Made by a program: the position numbers and the translations under genes | The notes under the pieces: generated by a model | The model's input: the letters and a program-made list of their open reading frames with translations, nothing else | What the model was told of the DNA's origin: nothing | Databases searched by the model: none | Assembly: GCA_964400655.1 (NCBI GenBank) | Contig: CAYNVN010000121.1 | Location: forward strand, 2,770-66,769 | Reading direction: 5' to 3' | DNA from: an uncultured Lentimicrobiaceae bacterium | GTDB lineage: Bacteria > Bacteroidota > Bacteroidia > Bacteroidales > F082 | Length of the DNA: 64,000 bases | Shown: positions 36,809-47,372 of the stretch, one piece after another | How positions within the stretch are numbered: position 1 is the first letter of the stretch | Layout: each line of letters starts with the position of its first letter

Positions 36809-38203
36809 ATGAAAAAAGCCGTTCTTATTTTAGATGTAGGAGCTACCAATTTACGGGCCGTCGCCGTTAGCGAAACCGGTAACATTATTGCTCAAAAATT
36901 TTTTCCTAATCAAACTTCACCCGACCCCTTTTACAAAGACGGATTAATTTGGGATGTGGACAATATTTGGAAAAAACTAAGCAAAGCCACCCGTTTTGTT
37001 ATCAACCAAATAAACAATACCGAAATCATCGGAATTACCGTTACCACATTTGGCGTTGACGGAGCCCCTTTCGATAACAAAGGCCGTCAGCTTTATCCGG
37101 TTATTTCGTGGGCATGTCCACGAACACAAACGGTTACGGAAGATGTACACAAAATACTTCCTCTTAATTATCTTTATAAAACAACCGGTGTTTACCCTTT
37201 TGCATTCAATACCATTTACAAACTCTTTTGGCTTAACAAACATCATAAAAATTTGATGAGCAAAATGGCCCATTGGTTATTTATGCCTTCAATATTGTCT
37301 AACCGGCTGACGGGAACCAAACATACCGATATTTCCATGGCAGGAACTTCCATGCTTACTCAATTAAACAGCCGTGGTTTTTCAGAACACATTATACACG
37401 AAACGGGCTTAAAACCTCAAATATTTCCACCACTAAAAGAGGCGGGACAACAGGTTGGTTTTGTTACCAAAGCGGCAGCAGTTCAAACAGGGATCAATGA
37501 AGGAACTCCGGTTTTTGCGACCGGGCACGATACTCAGTTTGCAGTGTTCGGTTCCGGAGCAGGTATTAACGAACCGGTATTAAGTTCAGGCACCTGGGAA
37601 ATATTAATGGTGCGAACGCCTAATATTAAAGTAAATAAACAAGCCTTTAACGCTGGTATCACAACTGAGTGGGACAGTCTTCCGGGGTATTTCAATCCCG
37701 GTTTACAATGGCAGGGATCGGCAATACTGGAATGGATAAAAAAGAATTTTTACACCGATATAATAAACAACCCTTCCGTTTATGATATAATGATTAACGA
37801 AGCTGAATCTGTTAAAAACACTGCTGTTTATTTTAATACAAACTTTTTAAATAACAACGGGCAAATATTAAACCTGAATACTCACACCAAAAGAGGAGAA
37901 ATTTATAGAGCAGCATTAACGGCCCTTGCAATACACACAAAAAAAAGTTTACAACTAATTGAAGAAGCAGCCGGTTTTAAAGCCAAATCGCTTACCATTG
38001 TGGGAGGAGGTTCAAAAAACAAACTTTGGAACCGGATACGTTCCGAAACACTCGGCATTCCGGTAAAAACCGTATTGCAAACCGAAACAACAGTATTAGG
38101 AGCGGCCATGTTTGTTTTCGGAAACACCTTATACCGGTCGCCGGAAGAAGCAAAACAGATATTTCAAAAAACTACTTCTTCCAAAAAGCAGGCGAAAAGA
38201 TAA
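36809..38203 (+). CDS. fucK: FGGY-family carbohydrate kinase, L-fuculokinase-like
   Basis: N-terminal ILDVGATNLRAVAV, like FucK's LDCGATNVRAIAV. It sits immediately after fucI. Confidence 0.8.
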   Translation: MKKAVLILDVGATNLRAVAVSETGNIIAQKFFPNQTSPDPFYKDGLIWDVDNIWKKLSKATRFVINQINNTEIIGITVTTFGVDGAPFDNKGRQLYPVISWACPRTQTVTEDVHKILPLNYLYKTTGVYPFAFNTIYKLFWLNKHHKNLMSKMAHWLFMPSILSNRLTGTKHTDISMAGTSMLTQLNSRGFSEHIIHETGLKPQIFPPLKEAGQQVGFVTKAAAVQTGINEGTPVFATGHDTQFAVFGSGAGINEPVLSSGTWEILMVRTPNIKVNKQAFNAGITTEWDSLPGYFNPGLQWQGSAILEWIKKNFYTDIINNPSVYDIMINEAESVKNTAVYFNTNFLNNNGQILNLNTHTKRGEIYRAALTALAIHTKKSLQLIEEAAGFKAKSLTIVGGGSKNKLWNRIRSETLGIPVKTVLQTETTVLGAAMFVFGNTLYRSPEEAKQIFQKTTSSKKQAKR

Positions 38204-39644
38204 TTAATACCGTAAAGAGTTCGAGTCGTCCCAGCAACATTAAAAACGACAATATCCATTTTCCAAGAGGCGGAATAAAAGCATAATTTTCCACCGGACC
38301 AACCCCGCCTATTCCGGGGCCAATATTTCCAAGGCTTGCAATGGATGCTCCTACCGATGTTTCAAAATCGAGGCCAAGCAGCGCCATAATGATTACCCCG
38401 AAGGAAAATATCAGAATATAGATAAGGAAAAAGGCCATCACATTGAAAATAACCTGCTGACCAATGGATTTACCCCCGTATTTTACCGGAATTATGGCCG
38501 CGGGATGGATGGTACGTTTCAGCTCAATCCACGAATTTTTTAACAACAACAAATGCCTGATGATTTTTACACCGCCGCCCGTTGAGCCCGCACTTCCCCC
38601 AATAAACATTAAAGCGGCTATCAGTATCCACAAAAATACCGGCCACAATATGTAATCAGCCGTTACAAAACCGGTGGTGGTTAAAATGGAAACCACCGTA
38701 AAAAGCGAATCGCGAAATGCCGATTCGATGCCCGAATGCCTGATGGTTATCAATCCAAAGGTAAGTGCCAGGGTTATTACAAGAATTATTACAAGATAGG
38801 TTCGGAATTCTTCGTTTTTAATCACCTTTTTAAACTGGCCGTGAAGCGTAAAATAGTGCAGGGTAAAGTTTGTTCCCGCCAATATCATAAAAACAATAAT
38901 TACATACTGCGAATAAGGCATAAAACCCGCAATGCTGTCGTTTTTGGTTGAAAAACCTCCGGTAGCCATGGTGGCAAAGGCATGGCAAACAGAATCGAAC
39001 AGATTCATCTCGCCGGCCCAAAGCAGCAAAATTTCAACAAGTGTTAAAATTAAGTAAATACCCCAAAACCGTTTTGCGGTAGCAGTTATCCGCGGATGTA
39101 ATTTATCGGGTGCAATGCCCGGCATTTCGGCAATTAGCAACTGCATTCCTCCAATCCCCAAAAAGGGCAACACGGCTACCGTTAACACAATGATTCCCAT
39201 ACCGCCTATCCAGTGTGTCATGGCACGCCAGTACAAAATATTTTTTGCCACCGATTCAATATCGGTTAAAACGGATGACCCGGTGGTGGTAAACCCCGAC
39301 ATGGTTTCAAAAAAAGCATTGGTAAACCCGGGTATGGCTCCGCTGAACATAAAAGGCAGCGAACCGAAAACCGAAATAATAACCCATGTAAGCGTTACAA
39401 TTGTATAACCTTCGCGCTTACCTATGTTTTTATTATTATGCCTGTTACCTATAAAGGCAAGCACACCGCCCGTTATGGCCGTAATAATTGCCGAATAAAC
39501 AATGGGTAATGCAGATTCGTGGTAATAAAACGCAACAATCAGGGAAGTAAGCATAAAGCCCGACAAAATCACCAGCAGGATACCCATAACCTTCATAAGT
39601 ATCCACACATTGAGTAGTTTAGTAATGCCCTGTTTTTTCATCAA
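38172..39644 (-). CDS. trkH: TrkH-family potassium uptake protein
   Basis: Polytopic protein with repeated MSGFTTTGSS / ATGGFST / LTTTGF / GSTGGG selectivity-filter-like motifs. Confidence 0.9.
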   Translation of the reverse strand: MMKKQGITKLLNVWILMKVMGILLVILSGFMLTSLIVAFYYHESALPIVYSAIITAITGGVLAFIGNRHNNKNIGKREGYTIVTLTWVIISVFGSLPFMFSGAIPGFTNAFFETMSGFTTTGSSVLTDIESVAKNILYWRAMTHWIGGMGIIVLTVAVLPFLGIGGMQLLIAEMPGIAPDKLHPRITATAKRFWGIYLILTLVEILLLWAGEMNLFDSVCHAFATMATGGFSTKNDSIAGFMPYSQYVIIVFMILAGTNFTLHYFTLHGQFKKVIKNEEFRTYLVIILVITLALTFGLITIRHSGIESAFRDSLFTVVSILTTTGFVTADYILWPVFLWILIAALMFIGGSAGSTGGGVKIIRHLLLLKNSWIELKRTIHPAAIIPVKYGGKSIGQQVIFNVMAFFLIYILIFSFGVIIMALLGLDFETSVGASIASLGNIGPGIGGVGPVENYAFIPPLGKWILSFLMLLGRLELFTVLIIFSPAFWKK

Positions 39645-39650
39645 AAAAAA

Positions 39651-41015
39651 TTAAAGTCCGAACATCGACTTATTAAAAAACTTCTCCACCCTTGCAGTGG
39701 TTCCCGGCAGGGCAAACACCACCACATTATCGCCGGGTTCAATTTGAAAATCGCCCACGGCAATATACGACTCGTCACCGCGTAAAATACCACCCACAAT
39801 AACACCATCCGGTAACTTAACATCTTTAATGGGATGCTTGGTAACGGGAGAACCTGGCTTTGCCTCAATTTCAATAATTTCGGCATTTATTCCGCTAACA
39901 ATTTTCAGCGAAGCCACCTCGTCGCCCATGGAGTGTTTAACAATATAACTGGCGGCAATCAGTTTTTTATTTAAAATGGTATCGATACCAATATTTTGCG
40001 AAATATCAATGTAATCAAGATTTTCAACCAGAGCAATGGTTTTTTTAACTCCGTACTTTTTTGCATGTAAACAGGTAAGTATATTGGTTTCGGTATTGTT
40101 CGACACGGCAATAAAAGCATCTGCATTTTCGATACCTTCATCCTCAAGCAGGGTAATATCGCGGGCATCGCCGTTTATAATCAACGTATCGTCAAGCATT
40201 TCGGTAAGAAACATACAGCGATCCCTGTCCATCTCAATCAGTTTAATGTTAACATCTTTTTCAAGACGTTTACAAATTACCCTGCCCACACGGCCACCGC
40301 CTACCACAATAATATTATTAATCTCCACCTCCTCTTTTCCGCTTAATCCCAACATGGTTCCAAGCGCATCAGGCTTCGAGATAACATAAACCAGGTCGTC
40401 GGCATGAAATATAGTTTTTCCCGAAGGCAAAAAAGTATCGTTTCCGCGATGAATGGCCACTGCCCTGAAGTCGAGATGCTTATAATTAAACGAAGAGGCA
40501 ACCTCATCCAGTGTTTTACCCACAACGGGGGCATTTTTTTCAATTCTGATAAGATAGATGGAAAGCTTACCGTTTGAGAGGTCATAAATTTCGGTGGCTG
40601 TGGGGTTGTTCAACAAATCAATCACCTCATGCCCTGCAATATCTTCCGGTGAAATCAAAAAATCAATCCCCAGCTCTTCATATATTTTTCTGTTTTCGGG
40701 ACTCAGGCTTTCCAGCGTATTAACACGGGCAATCACCTGTTTAGCCCCCAGCTTTTTAGCCAGTATTGCCGTTAAAATATTGATACTCTCCTCATGCAAC
40801 ACCGAAATCACCAAATCGGCTTTATTTACCTGCGCCTGTTTTAAAATGCCCACCGAATTCGATTCGCCCACAATGGTCATCAAATCGGCATGTGCCTCAA
40901 TCATTTCCAGCAATTCCTCATGCGGATCAACAATTGTTATATTGTGATTGGAGTTTACCAGTGCCTCGGCAAGATGAAATCCAACCTCTCCGTCTCCTGC
41001 AATAATTATGTTCAT
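39651..41015 (-). CDS. trkA: Trk system NAD-binding protein TrkA
   Basis: Two RCK/TrkA-N Rossmann repeats (IIIAGDGEVG and IIVVGGGRVG), each with a TrkA-C region. Confidence 0.9.
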   Translation of the reverse strand: MNIIIAGDGEVGFHLAEALVNSNHNITIVDPHEELLEMIEAHADLMTIVGESNSVGILKQAQVNKADLVISVLHEESINILTAILAKKLGAKQVIARVNTLESLSPENRKIYEELGIDFLISPEDIAGHEVIDLLNNPTATEIYDLSNGKLSIYLIRIEKNAPVVGKTLDEVASSFNYKHLDFRAVAIHRGNDTFLPSGKTIFHADDLVYVISKPDALGTMLGLSGKEEVEINNIIVVGGGRVGRVICKRLEKDVNIKLIEMDRDRCMFLTEMLDDTLIINGDARDITLLEDEGIENADAFIAVSNNTETNILTCLHAKKYGVKKTIALVENLDYIDISQNIGIDTILNKKLIAASYIVKHSMGDEVASLKIVSGINAEIIEIEAKPGSPVTKHPIKDVKLPDGVIVGGILRGDESYIAVGDFQIEPGDNVVVFALPGTTARVEKFFNKSMFGL

Positions 41016-41110
41016 TTTATAGGTAATTAGATGAGGTAAAAGTAAAAATTCTTACATAAACAGCTTAAATAATTTTTTCACCTTTTTAAACAGAGCCAAA
41101 CAACTAAAAA

Positions 41111-41908
41111 TTATACGTTTATTAAAAAGTCGTCCCAATCGTTTCCAACGTTAAATTTAGCACGAAAATTTGTTAGCTCCTTTTTAGATATGATTACACT
41201 GCCGGCGGTTTCTTTACCGGGTTCGGCCCTCGACACAACATTTCCTTTGGGATCGACAAGCGCCGAGTTTCCCGAATAATAATTACCCGGACCGTCATAT
41301 CCAATCCTGTTTACCCCCAGCACATATGCCTGATTTTCGATGGCGCGGGCAATCAGCAACATCTCCCACGGGTAACTGCGTTGCGAAGGCCAGTTGGCAA
41401 CATAAACGGCAAGGTCATATTCAAAATTTCCATTTTCATCCAACCGGTTTTTACTCCACACCGGAAATCGTAAATCGTAACAAATCATCGGTCTGATACG
41501 CCACCCGTTCAGCTCCGTAATCAGTTGTTTATCTCCTTTTGTAATTTTTTTATCCTCTCCTCCCATCGAAAAAACATGCCGTTTATCGTATCTGTCAAAA
41601 GTACCGTCGGGTTTCATCCAAATCAACGAATTGTAAAAACTGTTTTTTTCTTTCAGTAAAAAACTTCCGGTAATAACGGCATTCGTGTCTTTTGCCAACG
41701 CACGCATCCATGCAACGGTTTCACCTTTTTCCGTTTCGGCAAACGGAGCAGGGTCAACCGGAAACCCCGTTGTAAACGTTTCGGGTAAAACAATCAAATG
41801 ATGGTTCTCAAAAGCCTGATGGATTTTTCGCGAGAAATGCTCACGATTTAAAGCCGGATTTTCCCAAACCAAATCCGATTGCAAATATAAAACCTTTAAA
41901 TCCTGCAT
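41111..41908 (-). CDS. Carbon-nitrogen hydrolase (omega-amidase YafV-like)
   Basis: E-K-C triad context: VLPETF, KRHVF, ICYDLRFP. Paired with an upstream YbdL-like aminotransferase, as in E. coli ybdL/yafV biology. Confidence 0.85.
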   Translation of the reverse strand: MQDLKVLYLQSDLVWENPALNREHFSRKIHQAFENHHLIVLPETFTTGFPVDPAPFAETEKGETVAWMRALAKDTNAVITGSFLLKEKNSFYNSLIWMKPDGTFDRYDKRHVFSMGGEDKKITKGDKQLITELNGWRIRPMICYDLRFPVWSKNRLDENGNFEYDLAVYVANWPSQRSYPWEMLLIARAIENQAYVLGVNRIGYDGPGNYYSGNSALVDPKGNVVSRAEPGKETAGSVIISKKELTNFRAKFNVGNDWDDFLINV

Positions 41909-43053
41909 AAAATTTCTGCTGCTTTATCCAGTGTCGATTCCTGTTTGGCAAAACAAAACCTCAGCACCTGTTGATTTTTTTCATCGTGATAAAACGGAGA
42001 TAGCGGAATGGCTGCTATTCCGAATTCGGTTACCAGTCTTTTTGCAAAATCATACTCCGGTTCATCCGAAATATTGCTGTAATCCAACAGTTGAAAATAA
42101 GTGCCTTTTGCCGGCACCGCTTTAAACCTCGATTTTTCCAGTGCTTTTAAAAAATAATCGCGCTTTTGCTGATAAAAAGTTCCCAGGCTTTCGTAATTTA
42201 CAGGATCTTTCACAAAATCGGCAATGGCGTGTTGTATGGGGGTGTTGGAAGCAAATACAACAAACTGATGAAACTTTCTGAACTCTGCGGTAATATTTTC
42301 AGGAGCCAGTACAAAACCTGTTTTCCACCCCGTAGCATGAAAAGTTTTGCCGAACGAACCAATTACCATTGTTCGCGAAGCAAGATCGGGAAACAGACAG
42401 GCACTGTAATGCGTTTCATCATCAAAAATAAGATGTTCATATACCTCATCGCTGATAAGCATAATATCCCTTCCGCGTAAAAAACGCTCCAAAATTTCAA
42501 AATCCTGCTTTTTCAAAACGGTTCCGGTAGGATTATGCGGTGTGTTCAATATAATAAGTTTTGTCCGCGAGGTTACATTGCGTTTTACTTCGTCCCAGTT
42601 TATCGAAAAGTCGGGGAATTTTAACGACACAAACTTTACCATTCCGCCGTTTGCCAATACGGCAGGAGCATAACTGTCGTATGCCGGTTCAAAAATAATG
42701 GCTTCATCACCCTCATCAATAAAAGCCGAAATGGCGGTATAAAGCGCCTGTGTTGCACCGGCTGTAATGGTTATCTCTTTTTCCGGGTCATAAACGGCAT
42801 CGTAATTACGTTTAAACATTTGCGAAATAGCCTTACGCAGTTCAGGCACACCCGGCATGGGTGCATACTGATTAAAACCTTTCTTCATATAATAATGAAC
42901 CCGTTCGATCAACCCTTTATCAATGGGGAAATCAGGAAACCCCTGCGACAGATTAACAGCGTTAAAATCAAGGGCAAGCTTAGTCATTACAGCAAAAACC
43001 GATGTTTTGGCTCCGGGGAGCTTACTATTAAAATGACCGTCAAATAATTTCAT
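41896..43053 (-). CDS. PLP-dependent aminotransferase (methionine aminotransferase YbdL-like)
   Basis: VNLSQGFPDFP, the SFGKTFHATGWKTG Lys motif, 385 aa. Overlaps the downstream gene by 13 nt. Confidence 0.85.
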   Translation of the reverse strand: MKLFDGHFNSKLPGAKTSVFAVMTKLALDFNAVNLSQGFPDFPIDKGLIERVHYYMKKGFNQYAPMPGVPELRKAISQMFKRNYDAVYDPEKEITITAGATQALYTAISAFIDEGDEAIIFEPAYDSYAPAVLANGGMVKFVSLKFPDFSINWDEVKRNVTSRTKLIILNTPHNPTGTVLKKQDFEILERFLRGRDIMLISDEVYEHLIFDDETHYSACLFPDLASRTMVIGSFGKTFHATGWKTGFVLAPENITAEFRKFHQFVVFASNTPIQHAIADFVKDPVNYESLGTFYQQKRDYFLKALEKSRFKAVPAKGTYFQLLDYSNISDEPEYDFAKRLVTEFGIAAIPLSPFYHDEKNQQVLRFCFAKQESTLDKAAEILCRI

Positions 43054-43335
43054 AAATTGGATTTTTTCAGCACAAATTTAATCTTTTACAAATCTTAGCT
43101 GATTTTTTCCTGCAGATATTTTACAATAAAAATAACGGATATTTTAAACTTTTTTCATAACAACCCGTTACGATTTTGAATAAAACTATAAAAACAACTA
43201 TCCGAAACTGTAAATAACACCGTTTACAGAAACCCCATACAACACATACAACACTGTTAATCTTTATATTATAAACTTTGGTCTGTATATTGCAAGTACA
43301 TTGAAACGATAACGCAACCACAAAATTTAAAAGAT

Positions 43336-43656
43336 ATGCTTATTTACGGCATTGTATTATACTTAGTAATTACATTTGTTTTAACCCTGTTTGGAATTGA
43401 CAGGCAAAGTGAAGCAATAAAATTATTTACAATCAGTTTAATGCTCACTCCGTTGGCAGGCATTATCTGGTTAATTAAAAACCGACCCCAATCACAAAAA
43501 ATAAACTACTATTACTGCGAAGAGTGCAACTACGTTTACCCTGTAAAGATGGGGCACTGCCCAATTTGTGCTGAAAAAGGCAAAAGTGTCAGGCTCAAAA
43601 AGTACAAATCGCCCTATGACCTCACCAAAAACCTGCAAAAACTGACTTTAGCCTAG
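43336..43656 (+). CDS. Small membrane protein with a C-terminal zinc ribbon
   Basis: Two N-terminal TM helices, then CEECNYVYPVKMGHCPICAEKG (CxxC...CxxC). Followed by a strong terminator. Confidence 0.5.
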   Translation: MLIYGIVLYLVITFVLTLFGIDRQSEAIKLFTISLMLTPLAGIIWLIKNRPQSQKINYYYCEECNYVYPVKMGHCPICAEKGKSVRLKKYKSPYDLTKNLQKLTLA

Positions 43657-43665
43657 AGCCTGGCG

Positions 43666-43695
43666 AAACCCTCAAGAAATTGAGGGTTTTTTTTT
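43666..43695 (+). terminator. Rho-independent terminator
   Basis: 9-bp stem AAACCCTCA/TGAGGGTTT followed by a long T-run. Confidence 0.85.
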
Positions 43696-43775
43696 GCCTG
43701 TTTTGCAGATAATTTCCTGAAAACTTTTAAACGAAAAATCATTTTTGTACGTTTGAAGATTAAAACAATAAATAC

Positions 43776-45293
43776 GTGGATATTTACACCAAAAAAAAAC
43801 GATGGAAGATATTTCTGTTTATCGCAGGAATGATACTTATTGCCGTTTCAATTTTTTATACCAACCGGCTGGTGGGTAAATTTGCGTCTGCCGAGCGTAA
43901 AAACGTGCGCCTGTGGGCCGATGCCGTACACCGCAAAGCCGAGTTAATGCAATATACCGAAAAGTTTTTCGGCCAGCTTCAGGAACAAGAACAAAAAAAG
44001 GCAGCATTGCTTGCCAAAGTGTATAACCGCCTGCTTAACGATACGGTTTCGCCCGACCTTACCTTTTACCTCGACATTATCCATGACAACAAAACCATAC
44101 CGATTATTTTAACCGACGAAACCGGATTAATTTTAAACACCAAAAACCTGCAGGAAGGACAAGACACAATAAAATATCTTACCGGAAAACTTAAAGAGGA
44201 GTTTTCGGTTTACGAACCCATTGAAGTGGAATATATTAAAGGAAAAAAGAATTTTCTTTACTATAAAAACTCTACCCTGTTCACCGAATTAAAAAATGTA
44301 CTGAATGATTACATCACCATTTTCATTGAGGAGGTAGCTCTTAACTCATCAAGTGTTCCGGTAATTATTACCGACAGCACGCAATCCAATATTTTGCTTT
44401 ACGGCAACCTGAACGAAATTAAAATGAGTGATTCCTCTTTTGCCGTTAAGAAACTGATGGAAATGAAAGGCGAAAACAAACCCATTGTATTGGATTTTCT
44501 TGATGTTGGAAAGGTTTACATTTTTTACAAAGACTCGGAACTGTTAAATAAGATGAGACTTTTTCCGCTGGCACAACTGTTAATCATCATTGCGTTTATC
44601 GGGATAGCTTACCTGTTATTCAGCATATCGCGCAATGCCGAACAAAACCGGGTTTGGGCAGGAATGGCACGCGAAACAGCCCATCAGATTGGCACCCCCC
44701 TCTCTTCGATTTTAGCATGGATAGAGCTTTTAAAAATGGACGGAGCCGATCACAAGCAAGCCGCCGATGAAATTGAAAAAGATGTTACCCGGCTCCAAAT
44801 GATTTCGGAAAGGTTCTCTAAAATAGGGTCAACCCCGTCTCTCGAACAAACAAACATTTCGGAAACAATAAGAAAAACCATTGACTATTTAAAGCCGCGA
44901 ACTCCGCGAAAAACAGAATACCATATCAAATTGCCAAAACATGATGTTATTGCTTTGGCCAACGGCCCGCTTTTTAGCTGGGTGCTGGAAAATCTTTTTA
45001 AAAATGCCATTGATGCCATGAGCGGAAAAGGAATAATAACCGTTGAAATGAAAGAGGAAAACGGCAGCGTTATTATTGATGTTAAAGATACCGGCAAAGG
45101 CATTTCGCGAACGGAACAACGTGATGTTTTCAATCCCGGGTACACTACCAAAAAACGCGGCTGGGGCCTCGGCCTTTCATTGGCAAAACGTATTATCAAA
45201 GAGTATCATAAAGGAAAAATCTATGTAAAACACTCCTCACCGGGAAAAGGCACCACCTTTCGTATTGTTTTAAAAAAGGAGGCTAAAATATAA
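43776..45293 (+). CDS. Sensor histidine kinase (orphan)
   Basis: GTG start, two TM segments flanking a periplasmic region of about 230 aa. H-box ARETAHQIGTPLSSI, N-box NLFKNAIDAM, G-boxes DTGKGI and GWGLGLSL. No adjacent response regulator. Confidence 0.85.
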   Translation: MDIYTKKKRWKIFLFIAGMILIAVSIFYTNRLVGKFASAERKNVRLWADAVHRKAELMQYTEKFFGQLQEQEQKKAALLAKVYNRLLNDTVSPDLTFYLDIIHDNKTIPIILTDETGLILNTKNLQEGQDTIKYLTGKLKEEFSVYEPIEVEYIKGKKNFLYYKNSTLFTELKNVLNDYITIFIEEVALNSSSVPVIITDSTQSNILLYGNLNEIKMSDSSFAVKKLMEMKGENKPIVLDFLDVGKVYIFYKDSELLNKMRLFPLAQLLIIIAFIGIAYLLFSISRNAEQNRVWAGMARETAHQIGTPLSSILAWIELLKMDGADHKQAADEIEKDVTRLQMISERFSKIGSTPSLEQTNISETIRKTIDYLKPRTPRKTEYHIKLPKHDVIALANGPLFSWVLENLFKNAIDAMSGKGIITVEMKEENGSVIIDVKDTGKGISRTEQRDVFNPGYTTKKRGWGLGLSLAKRIIKEYHKGKIYVKHSSPGKGTTFRIVLKKEAKI

Positions 45294-45341
45294 TTTGACA
45301 CAAACCAATCCGGTATATCGGCCAAACCCTCACTCAAAACT

Positions 45342-47291
45342 TTAATACACTCTTGCGGCCCAGCCGCCGCCGGGTGCCAGATGTATTTTTAAACTGTCCG
45401 AACCGGTTACCTTTCGTGAAACTTTTTTAAAATCGTTGCCGTATCGGTGGGCATTAACACCATCCTGCCAAATATCAATGGTATATTCATCATTTCCCAA
45501 AAAGGAAAGATCGATTTCCAAATCACGGGCCGTCCAATTTGTCATGGCACCAATATACCATTCATTACCGCTTTTACGGGCAAGTAAAACATACTCTCCC
45601 ACTTCGGCATCCAACACTTTTGTTTCATCCCAAACCGTGGGAACTTTTGAAAGGAACTCCATGGTTTCGGGCTCGTCATAGTAATGTGAAGGGCTGTCGG
45701 CAAGCATTTGTAACGGACTTTCGTAAACTACGTACATGGCCAGCTGGTGACAGCGCGTACCCTGACTCATGGGCCTGTTCCATACCGCCCTGAAATTATC
45801 TTTTTGGGCATTTATCATGGCACCTGGTGTATAATCCATTGGACCGGCAAGCATACGAATAAAGGGCAGGGTTACATCCAAATCGGGAGTTTCTTCATCG
45901 CCCCATTTATTATGCTCCAAACCATGTACCCCTTCGCGTGTTATTACATTGGGATATGCACGCCGGAGGCCCGAAGGTTTATAACTACCGTGAAAATCAA
46001 CCAGCATATGGCGTTTGGCAGCTTCTTTGGCCACCCGCCAATAGTAGTCAACCATCCATTGATCGTCGCGCTGCATAAAATCTACCTTTATACCCTTAAT
46101 GCCCCATTTTTCAAACCGGTCAAAAGCTGCATCCCATTGGTCATCCAGGGTTTTCCAAACCACCCACAAAATAATTCCCACATTTTTTTCTTTCCCGTAA
46201 CCAACAATTTCCTCCATATCAATATCGGGTACCACATTCATTAAATCGCCCAAAACATACCAGCCTTCGTCCAAAATAATATAATCAATACCATATTTTG
46301 AAGCAAAGTCGATGTAATATTTATAAGTTTGGGTATTCACTCCCGATTTAAAATCCACCCCGTAAATATTAAGTGCATTCCACCAGTCCCATGCAACTTT
46401 ACCCGGTTTAACCCAGCTAAAATCACCTTCTGCTTTGGCACGTGCCAGTTTAAAAACCATTTGATTAGTTATCAGGCCTGCATCGTTTTCGGCAATGGCA
46501 ATTATTCTCCACGGGAAAGTTCTGTTACCGGATGTTTTGGCAATATAACCGGCCTTTAAGGTTACCGGAATATTCCGGTCACCTCCGTGTTCCGAAAGAT
46601 CAACCTCCTTATCTTTTAAAGCAAAAGCAGGGTGGATACCGGTTAAATTATTGCCACCTCCAACTTGCAAATACATGCCCGGAAAGTCATATAAATCCGA
46701 TTCGGTTATTGCAAGTTTGGCTACTCCGGCATCAACTAATACAGGCATGCTGCAAAATTGCCCCTTGTCAAGTTCATCAAAAGAGGTATGAAGATACAAT
46801 CGTTCCATATGGGTCATCATACTGGTTTCTTCGGGAAACCAAAGCCCGTAATTACCTGCAAAATTAAATGCGACCTGTTCTTTCTTTACAACAACTTCCC
46901 CTTTATCATGTAAAATAAACCTGTAGGCAACTCCGTCGTCGTATGCTCTGAATTCAATATCGTATCCTTTAAAAACAAGTTTTAACCGATTATATTTATC
47001 TGCTATTTCAGCAGATTTTTGTTGAACAACAGGATGGATAAAACCGGAAACGGTATTGGTTACAGATTTTTTAAACTTCCCGTCAACTCCCAAAACCCGG
47101 TTATTTAATGACAGTGAAATAAACGAGGTATCGATTACCATTTGTCCGTTAACCCTAAGCTGATAGCCAACCTTCTTACCGATTATAACGGTTACTGTGT
47201 TTTTGCCGTTGGGCGAAGATAAAGTAAACGATTTGGCAGATGCCTGAGAAACAACAACCGTAAACAGTAATGCGATGAGATACTTTTTCAT
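45342..47291 (-). CDS. Glycoside hydrolase family 97 (SusB-like alpha-glucosidase)
   Basis: Signal peptide and an N-terminal beta-sandwich region beginning LSSPNGKN. YIILDEGW and IKGIKVDFMQRDDQWMV are typical GH97 blocks. Confidence 0.9.
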   Translation of the reverse strand: MKKYLIALLFTVVVSQASAKSFTLSSPNGKNTVTVIIGKKVGYQLRVNGQMVIDTSFISLSLNNRVLGVDGKFKKSVTNTVSGFIHPVVQQKSAEIADKYNRLKLVFKGYDIEFRAYDDGVAYRFILHDKGEVVVKKEQVAFNFAGNYGLWFPEETSMMTHMERLYLHTSFDELDKGQFCSMPVLVDAGVAKLAITESDLYDFPGMYLQVGGGNNLTGIHPAFALKDKEVDLSEHGGDRNIPVTLKAGYIAKTSGNRTFPWRIIAIAENDAGLITNQMVFKLARAKAEGDFSWVKPGKVAWDWWNALNIYGVDFKSGVNTQTYKYYIDFASKYGIDYIILDEGWYVLGDLMNVVPDIDMEEIVGYGKEKNVGIILWVVWKTLDDQWDAAFDRFEKWGIKGIKVDFMQRDDQWMVDYYWRVAKEAAKRHMLVDFHGSYKPSGLRRAYPNVITREGVHGLEHNKWGDEETPDLDVTLPFIRMLAGPMDYTPGAMINAQKDNFRAVWNRPMSQGTRCHQLAMYVVYESPLQMLADSPSHYYDEPETMEFLSKVPTVWDETKVLDAEVGEYVLLARKSGNEWYIGAMTNWTARDLEIDLSFLGNDEYTIDIWQDGVNAHRYGNDFKKVSRKVTGSDSLKIHLAPGGGWAARVY

Positions 47292-47372
47292 AACTTTGGA
47301 ATTTACCTTTTGATTTTGAAAAAGTAAAACTACACTAATTACCGTTAATTATATTAAGCCTGTTTAACTTTT

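Noticed and set aside
38172-38203. 32-nt convergent overlap of the fucK-like and trkH 3' ends
   Set aside because: Tail-to-tail overlaps of this size are common and need no special explanation. Both C-termini are low-information sequence, so one true stop could also be misjudged.
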